Shown here: positions 24,080 through 37,535 of the stretch, piece by piece
Layout: each line of letters opens with the position of its first letter
How positions within the stretch are numbered: the stretch's first letter is position 1
Assembly: GCF_006345805.1 (NCBI RefSeq)
Contig: NC_043012.1
Span: forward strand, 36,952,001 to 37,016,000
Source of the DNA: Octopus sinensis
Lineage: Eukaryota
DNA length: 64,000 bases
Direction: 5' to 3'
The notes under the pieces: model-generated
Seen by the model: only the letters and a program-made list of their open reading frames with translations
Databases searched by the model: none
What the model was told of the DNA's origin: nothing
Translations under genes and position numbers: made by a program

Positions 24080-27000
24080 AACCCACACGAGATACAGAAA
24101 ATGCCGACAAAAACAGACACAATCACCTCCATAAACGAAGAAATACTGAAAGAACTCAAGAAAACAACACAAATTTGTCAACTTTTTTGAACAAATTCGA
24201 CTCGACACTTCAACCCATCGAGAGAACAATGAAGAAACAGATACGAAAAATACAACCTCCAAAATTGTCGAAAACCTTGGAAACTTATGCGAAACAATTA
24301 GAACATTTTTCTCTAACAACGCTAACCAAGGACCTCCAAACGCGTCAATATATGGGATCAATACTCTAACAACATACCAAATGAAACACCACATAATACC
24401 ACAATGGAACAAATCACTCAGAGATAGAAAGTTCGCCTTTTGGAAGATGATCCAAAACAACAACAAAGTGGATATATACGAAAAATGGCTCAACCGGACC
24501 CCGTTAATCCTCCCACGTAAATTCCAGTTCAAAGCTATTACAGAAGAACCTGAAACTCAAAGACACCTCAGGGAGAGAATGGCACTGAAAAAATGAAAAT
24601 GGAAATAGAACTTCTTAAATTGAGGGCCCAAACGAATGAGGATAAAATAAAATCCACCGATGAAGATATCAACGAAGAAATTCGCAAAATGACCCAAGGC
24701 CCAGATCAAGAGAAGTTTTCCAAACTATGGAAAGAGGACTGTGAAAAAGAAGAACTAAAATCTCTCCAACGCTGGGAGAAAAGCGCCACTTGGTTCTCAG
24801 ACTATGAAGCTGTCCTTCAAACAGAGCACGCCTCCAACAACCCTTTCCAGAAAATAAGAAAACCAAAACAACACCCAAACACCGATACACACCTGTCTAA
24901 AATCGGAACCTTCACTACTATCAAAAAAGAATACAGGACCTAACCTAACTCTGTAAGCAGCCAGCGATACAATATCAGGAATACCGCCACTTCAAGCAGA
25001 GAAGGATAAATCAACACCACAGCATAGACACTGCAACCTCATCCCCACCCAAAGGAGTTACCAAGAAATCTTCGTCCCATTAACCGGTTAAACAACCATG
25101 CACAACAAACCCACCCACTTGCAATGATTACCAACGAAGGCCTCCTAGAACACCACACCCGAATATGGGATATCGGGATGCTCTCCTCAATACTGCTCCA
25201 AGAACACACACCATAAATCACAACAGGAGACCCCTAATCAACAAAGAACAACTATATACTAGCTACCGTCCCAACCACCGCATTCATTTTTAGACCCAAT
25301 ACGCAAACACAGAGACACAAGATAGCACCAAACAAGTAGGAGGAACCAAAAGTAATAAAAATTATTAATCTAACTCACAAGGAACTAACAGCAAACCACA
25401 ATAAACATACTTTCCAAAGGACTCAAGTTTACACCCACCCCACAACACCCCAACTACAATGAATGAAAGAAGACCGCAGAATTCTGCAGAAAATTAAGAC
25501 TTACTGAGGAGCTATACGATAAATACAACGAGGACGAATCGTTAGCCAGAAATAGGAGTAACTACACCCCCTCGAAAGGTAAGAATAAACCACTTGATGA
25601 TTTCTGTGACCACATATCAAATTACCCATATCAACATATGCACAAACAAAAACACAAACCAAACTTCAGAAAAAGAATGGGCTGAGTTGAACAAATTAAA
25701 ACTAGATAAAACAATAACAATCAAAGAGGCCGATAAAGGGAGTGCTGTTGTCTTAATGGATACAACATTTTACATAACTTTGGTACTTTCTATGCTGGAA
25801 GACACAACATACTATGAAAAGGCACAAAACTACAGTCACAAAAAATAATGAGGGACTAAAAATCCATATTAAACCCATACAAAGCAGGGCTCACCGACAA
25901 AGAATATGATTATATGACCAATTTCACAGTAAAACTAGCCAATTCTACGTATACCTAAGATCCACAAAAGTGAAAAAATAAGCAACGCATGCAAGATAGC
26001 TACAGACAAAATAATTAAAGTCCCTAATCCTAATGACCTCAAATTGAGACCCATAATAGCAGGTCCCGCATGCGAAACCCACCGCCTCAGTAACTTTTTA
26101 GACACCCTGTTAAAACCACTCCTCAAACATGTCAAAAGCTATATAAGGGACGACTTAGATATGCTCAATCACCTACCGAATACTATAAACAAAAACACCA
26201 TACTGGTATCCTTCGATGTAGTCACCTCTACTCCAATATCCCCCACAACCTAGGACTAGAGGCAATCCAATTCTGGCTAGAGAATCGCGCCAACGAACTA
26301 CCACACCGCATCAAAAAAGAATTTGTGATAGAAGGGGTCAAATTCATCTGGAAAATAACTTCTTCGCCTTCAATGACAACTTCTACCGACAAAAATCGGG
26401 GACTGCGATGGGGGTACACGAATGGCCCCCTCCTTTGCCAACCTAGTCATAGGATACCTAGAGATCAGTCTGTATCGTAAGGTTCTAGAAAGATATGGCA
26501 GTCCTTTCTCCATCTACATAGAAACAACTGGAAGAGATATCTAGATGACTGTTTCATCCTTTGGCATAAAAATATAGAAAAACTCATAGAATTCCAGAAA
26601 ATTTTAAACGACTGGACGTAAACATCCAATTCACGATGGAATATAGCCAACACACAACTCCCTTCCTCGATATCCTCATTAAGAAAGCTAATAATATATA
26701 GAAACAGACATATACTATAAGCCTACAGACTCTAAGCAAATCTTCCATTCAATTCATGCCACCCCAGACACACCAGGATGAATATCCCCTTCAATCTAGC
26801 AAAAAGGATATGCACTATAGTCTCTAACGCAAACACCAGAGACACACGACTACAAGAACTAAAAGATACCCTAATCACCAGGAACTATCCACCTTCACTT
26901 ATTGACAAGTGCATTCAACGTGCCCTTCAACTTAACATCAAGGAACTGAGACATCCCAAATCAAAGAAAAACTTACAACCAAAAGCCTTACCATACATCT

Positions 27001-28340
27001 CCACACAAACCCTCTCAATAACGAAGCCTTCGAACCATCCTCCACAACATACCCCTCCTAAAAAAAGACCACAGAATGAACACAATCCTCCAAACACACA
27101 CGATCATAAAAAGCAAAAGACAGCCTAGATCCATGAAAAGTCTCCTTACACAAGCCCGAATTCACTCTTCAACACAGAAGCCGACAGTAAAAAAATGTGG
27201 AAGACCCAATTGCGGGATATGCGACTATCTAATTGAGGGATCAGAGTTCTCCTTCAAGCAGGGACAACGGTTTACAGTGAAAAAGCAACTTCACATGTGC
27301 TTCGGAGAACCTAATATACTCACTAACCTGCTCGGGTGTCAAGAGCAGTACATAGGCCAAACAAAAAATGGTTTGCGTAAACGAATGGCCCTGCACAGAT
27401 CCCAGATAAAAATTCCCCAAAACAGAAAATAGCTTTTAGCCAACACATAGATACTTGCGCCAACAAAAAAAACACCAAACTTCAGAATTTTCCCCCTCTA
27501 CCAATTTAGGGACGATACAACCTCGAGACAACGAATAAGTAAAGAAAATCTCTTTATTACAAAATACAAGCCACTTCTAAACGGGTCTACGACAAGCAAT
27601 TATATATACCTCAACTTTAGAATAAAAGAAAAATATATATACACACACAAATATTACACTCCATAGATCCATTACTAATCAGCCCCTCATAGCTATACTT
27701 ACACCCATTCATATTCCCCCTCTCTGTTTCTTTTTCTTCTTCTTCTTCCTCTTCTTCTTCATCATCATCATTATCATCATCATCGTCGTCATCATCATCA
27801 CCACCATCTTCTCCTTCTCCTCCTTCTTTTCTTCTTCTTCATCATCATCATTATCATCATCATCGTCGTCATAATCATCACCACCACCCCATCATCGTCA
27901 TCTTCTCCTTCTCCTTCTTCTTCTTCTTCTTCTACTTCTCCACCCCCACCCTTAACTTTGTCACTAATGTTTTTAGTATAACACCTACGCTAATTCTATA
28001 AACAAGCCTGTCAATATAAATATTCTCCTGAATTGAACTGAGACTGCCAGCCGCCACTGACCATTCAAAATACGACCATCAGGGCACTCCCAGATTCTCC
28101 CATCCCCCTTTCCCCACCAGCCTTCTTCCTCTACTACCCTTCCAAGAACTCACAACGACCTCTGACACACAAGTGCAAACAAGGGAGTCAGAGAAAGCAG
28201 AATGCCACTTAAATCTGAACACTACTATAGAAATATTCTTTTAAAAAAACTTTTCTTCTAATTTTTCTAAATTTAATTATTTAATCGTTACAGTTGAAAA
28301 GGTCTCAAAATGACCGAAACCGGTACTGAAATGTTCACTA
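24080..28340 (+). mobile_element. Near-full-length, frameshifted Penelope-like retroelement (RT + GIY-YIG endonuclease)
   Basis: Fragments in order: long N-terminal region (IPQWNKSLRDRK..ILPRKFQFK), KEADKGSAVV, RPIIAGPACETHRLSNFLDTLLKPL..SFDVVT, SGTAMG, RYLDDCF (about 26537), IPFNLAKRICTIVS, KCGRPNCGICDYL, GCQEQYIGQT..RMALHRSQI (GIY-YIG). Many frameshifts and stops; the 3' region ends in a hammerhead-like motif. Confidence 0.9.
28288..28331 (+). ncRNA. Minimal type-I hammerhead ribozyme relic (probably inactive)
   Basis: Stem I CAG/CTG, core TTGAAAA (vs CTGANGA), stem II GGTC-tcaaaat-GACC, GAAA, palindromic helix III ACCGGT, GUA cleavage triplet. Confidence 0.68.
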
Positions 28341-28490
28341 TAAAATTATTTTAGCATTTTCTATTTTTGACTTGTTTTTTCATACATATATATATATATA
28401 TATATGTGTTTGTGTGTGTGTGTGTGTGTGAATGTGAGTGTATATTGTGAGTATGTAGGTGTATATAAATATATTTGTATATATACTTAC

Positions 28491-28594
28491 TATATGGTTC
28501 ACAGAGTGATTCATGATGTAATATTCCGTAGAGGTAGCCAGCCATGACCTCAGTGTGACGAAATCTCGATTCTTTAGAGGTGAAGGACACCGAA
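28491..28594 (-). CDS. STARD10: STARD10 exon B
   Basis: ttccag|TT...ATA|gtaagt. 104 bp, phase 1 to 0, encoding (I)RCPSPLKNRDFVTLRSWLATSTEYYIMNHSVNHI, i.e. the STARD10 motif CPKPLKNRDVITLRSW. Confidence 0.93.
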
Positions 28595-28639
28595 CTGGAA
28601 GAAAGACAATCACAATTATATGATGAAGACAAAGACTCA

Positions 28640-28948
28640 TGCATACACAACACACAAACACACACACACACACATACATACATACATACATACACACATA
28701 CATACATACATACACACATACACACATACATACATACATACATACATATACACACATATATACATATATACATTCATACATACACACATACATGCATGCT
28801 TACATACATACATACACACATACATGCATGCATACATACATACATACATACATACATACATACATACATACACACATACATGCATGCTTACATACATACA
28901 TACACACATACATACATACATACACACATACATACATACATACATACA

Positions 28949-28980
<32 letters not shown>

Positions 28981-29015
28981 CACACATATATACATATATA
29001 CATTCATACATACAA
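28640..29015. repeat. (TACA)n/(CA)n microsatellite with internal block duplication
   Basis: Read directly. Confidence 0.9.
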
Positions 29016-29541
29016 ACTAAATTAATTGAATGAGAGAAGAACTGTGAAAAGTTGATAAGGAAACAGAAAATATGGAAGGTTAAAAACGGAAAATGATAAA
29101 GTACAAAAAAGTAAAAAGTAAAGAGTAAAAAAGGTGGAAGAGTTATCCTCCTTACACCTTAAATTGAAAGGCTGAAAGAAATCAGCACATTATAGGCGGA
29201 ATTTTCCAATTCTTCAAAATGCACTTAGATATATGTTTACAACTGCTGAAAATTTCAGACCTAGAGTTCAGTAGGGATTTTAGATCTAAAAAGGATCTGA
29301 GCTTTTCCAGCTAAATGTAGCCTATATTTATTTGATCCATTAATATAGGTATGGATTTTCAGTTATTTTTCACTTAATCACATGTGATGTTGCATTAGAT
29401 TTCAAATTCCATGTCTGTATGCTGAAGAATTGCTCAATAGCAAAAGATCTTTTCATTCTTGATCTTGTCAAACAGCTTAATATTCATAACTCACTGCAGC
29501 TGTCTCATATTCATGTAACTTGTCTACTTGAGCTTTATAGA

Positions 29542-29727
29542 CCATCCATACAGCAGGAAAGAAATCACTATGGCCTGCTACACTTTACATCTGACTCATA
29601 TGGAAACGTGGCTGTTTTTCCACAGCCTCTCCTGCAGCCTGCCAAATGAAGCACCAACTCTGCTCGTTCTCTATGGGATTTCCTGGTCCAGTTGTGCATC
29701 ATCTGAGATGGCGCTGTCCAGGTATTT
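29542..29727 (-). pseudogene. Old RTE (BovB-like) LINE ORF2 fragment
   Basis: KYLDSAISDDAQLDQEIP*RTSRVGASFGRLQERLWKNSHVSI*VRCKV*QAIVISFLLYGW matches the RTE post-RT motif; three in-frame stops. Confidence 0.7.
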
Positions 29728-29790
29728 GAACACCAAACATACAGAACTAGAATTCACATAAAACGATACAAAACGATGTTGAGTACTCAC

Positions 29791-29935
29791 TGGCATAATA
29801 TCCTATATCATTGTTGGGGTTCAAGGCACAAATGTCGTAAGCATCGATCATTGCACGATCCCAGACTTTTCGGTAGTGAGGGTCATGTATGACATCATAT
29901 AACACGCTGCCAGCAACGTCAAATGTACTTCGCAC
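29791..29935 (-). CDS. STARD10: START domain-containing protein 10 (PCTP-like), first coding exon found (exon A)
   Basis: Acceptor ttcttgcag|GTG and donor A|gtgagt. 145 bp encoding [48 protein letters not shown] plus 1 nt; matches the STARD10 segment LYDVLHDIEYRKKWD...DVGYYS recalled from the human protein. Confidence 0.93.
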
Positions 29936-30515
29936 CTGCAAGAAAAGGAAGAAAACAAAAAAAGTTATCATCAGAATTCATGATTAAAATACTGCTGAGC
30001 ATTTCACCTGACGGGTTAACGAATCTGCCAGCTCGCCACCTTAATAATAACAATAATAATAATAATAATAATAATTATAATAATAATTGCTCATATCCTA
30101 CGCAAAATACTCTCTATGTAATCTCAAGGTTTAAAACAAACATTTTTTTTTTTAGACACCCACTAGTACAACACAAAAGACAACCAAATATATGGCACAC
30201 TAAGCATAACAACAATGTGAACTTCCAACCTGTTGTCTCTTGAGGTCTCCGGGTGAGACTTGGAGCCAACTTGTACAAATATAAAGCAAAAGTCAAACAT
30301 ATAATAATAATAATCCTTTCTACTAAAGGCACATGGCCAGAAATTAGAGAGGAGAGGACAAGTTGATTACATTGACCCCAGTGTTTCACTGGTACTTATT
30401 TTATTGATCCCTGCCTCCTCTCACCAAAAGGATGAAAGGCAAAGTCAACTCTCATCTGAACTCAGAATGTAAAGACAGATTAAATAACCACAGAAACGTT
30501 TTGCCCAGTGTGCTA

Positions 30516-30546
<31 letters not shown>

Positions 30547-31369
30547 TAATGATTAATGATTCCTTCTTCTATAGACACAGAGCATGGCATTTGGGGGGAG
30601 GTTGGGTCTAGTCAATTACATTGACCCTCCTCCCTAGTACATAACTGGTACTTATTTTATTGGCCCCAAACAGACGAAAGGTTAAGTTGACCTTGGTGGC
30701 ATATCTTAAAATGTCAAAATGCAAAACCAGAAGAAATTCTGCTAAGCATTTTGTCTGGTATGCTAATGACTCTACCAACTCACCACCTTATTATCAATAA
30801 TTAATAACAATAATAATAATTAAAATTTATTTATTGTTTCATGGTGGCAAGCTGGCAAAACCGTTAACATGTTGGGCAAAACACTTATCAAGATTTTGTC
30901 ATTCTTTGCATTCTCAGCACAGATTTAGCCAAGGTGAACTTTGCCTTTCATCCTTTCGGAATCGGTAAATTAAATCCCAGTTGAGCACTGGGGGTCAATG
31001 TAACTGACTTATCCTCTCCTCAAAAATTGATGGCCCTGTGCCTAAATTGGAAATCAATAATTACACTGTACAAAAAATTTTAGGGTTAAGAAAAAAACCA
31101 TTGTTCTCATCTCCATTTTATTATGAAGTTGATTGTGTTAAATTCAAATTTTATAACAAAAATTACCCCATCATGTCACATTTTCTTGTAAATTACCAAC
31201 TTAATAACGATGCAATTTATACCAATTTCCACAATACCATAAATTTATTTTGCTCTTAAAGTCACATTAAATATATCTGTTGTAATTAATTCATAAATAT
31301 CTAATGAGTTGCCATGTTCGTTAGCATTATATAATGTATTAACCTACATTTTAGTATTTAATTCTTTGT

Positions 31370-32450
31370 TTATAAGGTGTCTCAGGTGTGTCACGCTTCA
31401 GGCTTCAGCAGAAGTCAGCCAGCATACCTGGGCTCCATTTTCCTTTATACCTGTTTTCCATTGACGCTATTTCTTGATAGAACCTAATTCCATGTTCATC
31501 ACTCACACCTGCATTCTCTGGTGAGAAGGACAGGTGAGAATGAAGAAGGTGTATCTCATGTGACATATTGCATCCGAGATCTTGGCAGCAGATGATCAGA
31601 CTCTCCACTATACTCCCTCGATGGACCTCTTGGTGCCTTCCCAGAACTCTTTTGCATACATCTTTGAATGCATGCCTGGCTGCTAGCTCAGTTTAATCGA
31701 TTGTTGCCTTCAAGTCCTAATCAGCTATAAGATGACAAATCTGAGGGCCTATGAATATGCCCTCTTTAATCTTGGCATCAATTATTTTAGGGAAGATTGC
31801 CTTAGGTACTGCAAACATGGCTTATTATGTTGCAGTGTTGCTTCATTAGGCCTAGTTTTATTTACAGTGGTGGCAAAAGGATTTTCTCCTTAACGAGTGG
31901 TTCATGATTTACATTATGGCATCTCGGCGTCATTGTTTCCCGTGGTGGTCATTCTGGGCGTACATAATGTTCTGATCTGGTCCTACTGTTCCACCAGCAA
32001 AGGAAGCATATAAACTTGGTGTATCCACTTTGTAGCCCATTAAGTAGGGCCACTACTTTCAAGTTCACACAAATTAGCCACTCATGTTCCTTGTAACTTA
32101 TACAATCTAGAATAAAAGCGAGCTTCTCATATGTCTCTCTTAAAATGACTGAGTGAGCATTTGGAACTGAAGGCACGGTGTACCCAATGTGCAACAGAAC
32201 CACTTTTGTGCTCTAAAAGGATGCATCTATGAATAACCTCCACTCATTTGGTTCATAGGTCAGCTCAAAAGCATTGGACAAGTCTCTGGTATCATTACAA
32301 GAAACCAAGTGGTTTTCTAAAGTAAAGAATTGCTGTAGATCTGCAGAATGCTTCCTAAATACTGTATTTCAAGCATCGTTATCCAACAGGTTCCATTGTT
32401 GCTGACGTAAGGCCAGGACTTCACTCTGTTGCTTAGTAAGTGTTAGATCA
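31370..32450 (-). mobile_element. DNA-transposon transposase relic, Chapaev3/CMC-like
   Basis: VLLHIG..PSVPNAHSVILRETYE...WLICVNLKVVALLNGLQSGYTKFICFLCWWNSR, then FPKIIDAKIKEGIFIGPQI, then HSHLSFSPENAGVSDEHGIRFYQEIASMENRYKGKWSPGMLADFC. The family assignment is from memory of these motifs and is unverified. Confidence 0.7.
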
Positions 32451-34953
32451 CAAACTAGGTCATAGAGTTCAGGTTGGGCGATTAGATGTGGTTTCTTTTC
32501 AGATTCAGCAGGGATTGAGACCCATATAACTATAAAACTATTGCATGTACTTTTATAATTTTCATAGGTTAGGTTGACAAATACCTTAGGAATACCCCAT
32601 TAAAATTATATCAAAATCTGTGCATAACTTTTAGAGTTGACAGTTTCAACCCTTTCCTGTTTGCACTCAATTCCAATGGAACCATCATTGTATTTCACAT
32701 AAGATGGTAATTTACGAGAAACTGGAGGGTCACAAAAAGAAACGGATGTTATATTCGTGATCTACACAACAAAACACTCCAAGAAAAGGTTATTCTTGTT
32801 TCCGTTTTTTTTTTTCCCATTGTTATACAGTGTTGTTTACTGTTTCAGTTTGGGTGGGCATGGGCTCCTTCCCCTCTCTTGTGAGTGTCATATGTGTGTG
32901 TGCCTGGTGTTAAATTACCAGGGGGGGGGCTTTACCACAACTCACCCCCAACACACGGCTGCTTTAACACCACCACCATCACTACCAGTTAACACCACAG
33001 AATGTCAAGTGTGTGTGTGAGTGTGATTGTGTGTGTGTGTGTGTGTGTGAGTGTGTGTGTGTGAGTGTGTGTGTGTGTGTGTGAGTGTGTGTGTGTGTCT
33101 GATGGCCTTGATAACATGGCTTTTTTATTGACTCAACAATTGTTACTTTAAGTGGTTTGCGATGTTGTGGTGGTTATTAGGGTGACTGGTAACCATAACA
33201 ACAAAATTGGCGACAGCAATGATGATGATGATGATGATGATAATGATGATGATGATAATGATGATGACAACGATGAGAATGATGAGGAGGAAGAGGAGGA
33301 GGCGACTATGCATTAGCAAACGCCATTATCAACCTACGACCACGTCCCCATCCCCCACCCCAAACATGTCACCCAATCTTCTAAAATTTAAAAATACATT
33401 TATAATGGAAAGATATTATTTTCCCCAGAAAACGAAAATGAAAGAATGAAACTGTACGCTACCGTACGCTACAATAAAGAACTGTATAGCATCATCACCA
33501 TAATCATCATCGTCGTCATCATCATCATCATCATCGTTTAATGTCTGTTTTCCATGCTGGCATGGGTTGGACAGTTCAACTGGGGTCTGGGAAGCCAGGA
33601 GGCTGCACCAGGCCCCAGTTTGATCTGGCAGTGTTTCTACAGCTTGATGCCCTTCCTAATGCCAACCACTCCGAGAGTGTAGTGGGTGATTTTTTTATGT
33701 GCCACTGGCAAAGGGGCCAGAGGGGGCTGGCATTGACCATGATCAGATGGTGCTTTTCACATGCCACCGGCACGGGAGCCAGTCAAGGCGGCACTGGCAT
33801 TGGCCACGTTCGGATGGTGCTTTTTACATGCCACTGGCACGGGAGCCAGTCAAAGTGGCGCTGGCAACGGTCACGTTCAGATGGTGCTTTTTATGTGCCA
33901 CCAGCATGGAGACCACAACTACAATTTCCATTTGATTGTGAATTGATTTTATTTGATTTTTTATTTTATTTTACATGAATATACGACGGGCTTCTTTCAG
34001 TTTCCATCTACCAAATCCACTCACAAGGCTTTGGTCAGTGCAAGGCTATAATAGAGGACACTTGATCAATGAACTGAAAAGCCATTTGGTTGAGAAGCAA
34101 GCTTTTCACCACACCTGCATCTACAGATTATCTCTAAATCATCTATGGACCCAGCACGCTCTCACAAATAGACTCTTATAGATATTGATCTCACAGCAAA
34201 TCAACTAATCAGTCATTAACGAGGTAAAAGGTCTGATGCTAATTTCATAAAATTATGACACAATGAAGCAATCCAGCTGAAACAACCCGACTGGCAATTC
34301 AACGTGCTTCTTCAATATAAGAATGCTGCCCACCCCTACCCTTCTTCACTCTATTTTGACCAAAAAGTCTATTCAAGAGCTTGGTTGGGAAGGGCTTTGG
34401 TATTCACAGTATTCTCCGGATAATGCACCTTCAAGTTATCTCCTCTTTTCATTTGATCTCTAACACTCAGAGAGGCATTTCATCCAATAATGATGTGGAG
34501 CCGGTAACATGGATCAATGAATTCTTTGAGTGAAGATGAGGTGATTTCTATTGTCAGAGTATTGACAAGCTAGCGGAATGCTTTCAAGAAGTCATGAACA
34601 ATGGAAGAGAATTGACTGATTGAATGATTTGATAAAACTGTTGATGAAAAATAACGATTAAAATGAATGGGGGAAAAAATTCATCTGAGAATCCAATCTA
34701 TGGCTTAATTAAAAACAGTTATGGTGTGCAAAGAAATCAGTAATAGCCAACGACTAATTTTAAATGTCTTCACAAGTACTGGAGATAATTCAAGACATGT
34801 TTCAATCATATTATGACCTCATCAGCAGAACACAAACTTCACTATAGTTGGTGACCCATTAAAGACCATAATCAAACTATGAATATTATTTATAAATTTT
34901 TACATTTTTTAAGTCCTAAGGACTCTAAAGTCATACTTTTTCTGTCATACTGC

Positions 34954-35304
34954 TTATTACCTCCACCTTAGCGAAGATGGAGGTATTGTTTTCAGTCTCA
35001 TTCATTTGTTTGTTTGTCCATGGACAAGATATCTCAACAACCACTGGATGGATTCCAATGAAACTTTCAAGGATGTCGGCCTTGTGACTGGTACAGACTG
35101 ATTAGATTTTGGCATCGATCTGGTACCGAACAAGGATTCTGGAATATTTTTCTGGTTATTTTACTTAATTTTTTAGTATTCTCATTTGTGAGAGCAGTCG
35201 AGTTTATTTCGGATATTCTCAATTTAAAAGTTCTCTCTGGCTAATCGTTGAGAGGATGTTGGTGTTGTCTTGGCAGAGGTTTGCGCTCTCTGAGTGCTCT
35301 TGTT
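34954..35304 (+). mobile_element. Helentron/DINE-1-like non-autonomous rolling-circle element
   Basis: 5' ttattACCTCCACC with a short palindrome (..ggaggta), (TGTT)n tract, 3' sub-terminal inverted repeat GGCAGAGGT, 3' hairpin gcgctc-tct-gagtgc, T-rich insertion site. Confidence 0.75.
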
Positions 35305-35627
35305 TGTATTTTTCTTATACCAAAAGCTTTATGATATTTTTTATATTAAATATGGCAGCAAGATGGCAGCACTATTAGCAGGCTGGGCAAGATACTTACT
35401 AGTATCTCCTTTGTCTTTACGTTTTGAGTTCAAATTCCACCAAAGCAATGGAATTTCAACTCAGAACTTTCCTCCAAAGAATGAAAGACTTTGCCTTTCA
35501 TCCTTTTGGGGTCGATAAAATAAAGTTGAACACTAAGGGTGAACTAGTTGAACATTATGGGGTCGCTGCAAGTACCTTACTCCCTCCCCATAAATTGTTG
35601 GCCTTCTTCCACAATCTAAAACTGCTT

Positions 35628-36568
35628 TTATTCTTTTATTCATTTACTTGCTTCAGCCATGCTGGAGCATCGCCTTTAGTCGAGCAAACCAACCCCAGGA
35701 CTTATTCTTTGGAAACCTAGTACTTATTCTATCAATCTCTTTTGCTGAACAGCTATGTCACACAGACATAAACACACTGGCATCAGTTGTCAAGCGATGT
35801 TGGGGAGACAAACATACACACACATACATACATACATACATACACACATACACACATACATACATACATACATAGACACATACATACACACATACATACA
35901 TACATACATACATACATACACACATACATACATACATACACACATACATATATACATACACACATACACACATACATACCTACATACATACATACACGCA
36001 TATGTACATACATACATACATACATACATACATACATACATGCATACTTACATACATACATACATACACACATACATACATACATACATGCATACATACA
36101 TGCATACATACATACACACATACATACATACATACATACATACATACATGCATACATACATACACACATACATACATACATGCATACATACATACACACA
36201 TACATACATACATACATACATACATACATACATGCATACACACATACATACATACATACACACATACATACATACATACATGCATACATACATGCATACA
36301 TACATACACACATACATACATACATACATACATGCATACATACATACACACATACATACATACATACATACACACATACATACATACATACACACATACA
36401 TACATACACACATACATACATATGTTGGGCTTCTTTCAGTTTTTGTCCACCAAATCCACTTGCAAGGCTTTTGGTTGGCCTGAGGCACTTGCCCAAGGTG
36501 CCATGCAGTGGGACTGAACCTGGAACCATGTGGTTGGGAAGAAAGCTTCTTATCACACAGCCACTCCT
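35628..36568 (-). mobile_element. SINE family A with about 610-bp expanded internal (TACA)n
   Basis: Both SINE halves intact either side of the 35812-36422 tract. Confidence 0.88.
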
Positions 36569-36959
36569 TTATTTACATGAAATTTAAAATCTGTCCCCGA
36601 AACGGGACAGGGCCTTTAATGGGTTGAAGTGGCATCAACATAAAGAACACAAGGAAATTTGTGTAGAATAACAGCAGAAACAGGCAGAGACAAAATCATT
36701 ACTCTTGGATGCCATCTGCATGGAAAAACAATAGTTAAGTTGGTGTTAAAATATTTGATACAGGCAGCGTTAAATATGTTCGTTAATTAGAAATGATAAT
36801 TAAGCGAAGAGAGGGAGATAAACAGCAGTAGTGTTAATAATTATAGCTGTATCGTCTCTGGGGAAATTCTGCCTTTTGTCTAGAAGGTTCCATCTAAGTA
36901 TCTGTTTTATTTTGTTGCTGCTATCAAAACCACCACCACCACCAACACCACCATTGCCA

Positions 36960-37373
36960 TCTCCACCACTACAGCTGCAACTGATACTACTATCATGACT
37001 ATCACCACCACCACCACCACCACCATTATTATTATTATTATTATTATTATTATCATTATTATTATTATTATTGCTGCTACTAGTAATACTACTAGCACCA
37101 CCACAATCACTATGACACCACCACCATCAACTCCCACCGCCACCACCAGGAAAAGACAGTGTTCCTTCATTAGCTAAATGGGAAGTTAATGAATAATTAA
37201 GGAGAAACTAGCGTTTCAATTGTCAACTTATTGAAAAAGATCAATAACAGGGAAGGAGATCTAAATTAATGGTTATTAGGAGGGGGGAGGGGGGAAGGAG
37301 GAGGAAGAGGACAATAAAGAGGAAGTGACGTTGGTTGTGGTGTACTACTGGTGGTAGTAGCAGTAGTAGTAGT

Positions 37374-37414
<41 letters not shown>

Positions 37415-37471
37415 TAGTAGTAGCAGCAGCAGCAGTAGCAGAAGCAGCAGCAGCAGCAGTAGTAGTAGTAA

Positions 37472-37525
<54 letters not shown>

Positions 37526-37535
37526 TAGTAGTAGT
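36960..37535. repeat. Trinucleotide repeat cluster (ACC, ATT, then AGC/AGT)
   Basis: Read directly. Confidence 0.9.
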
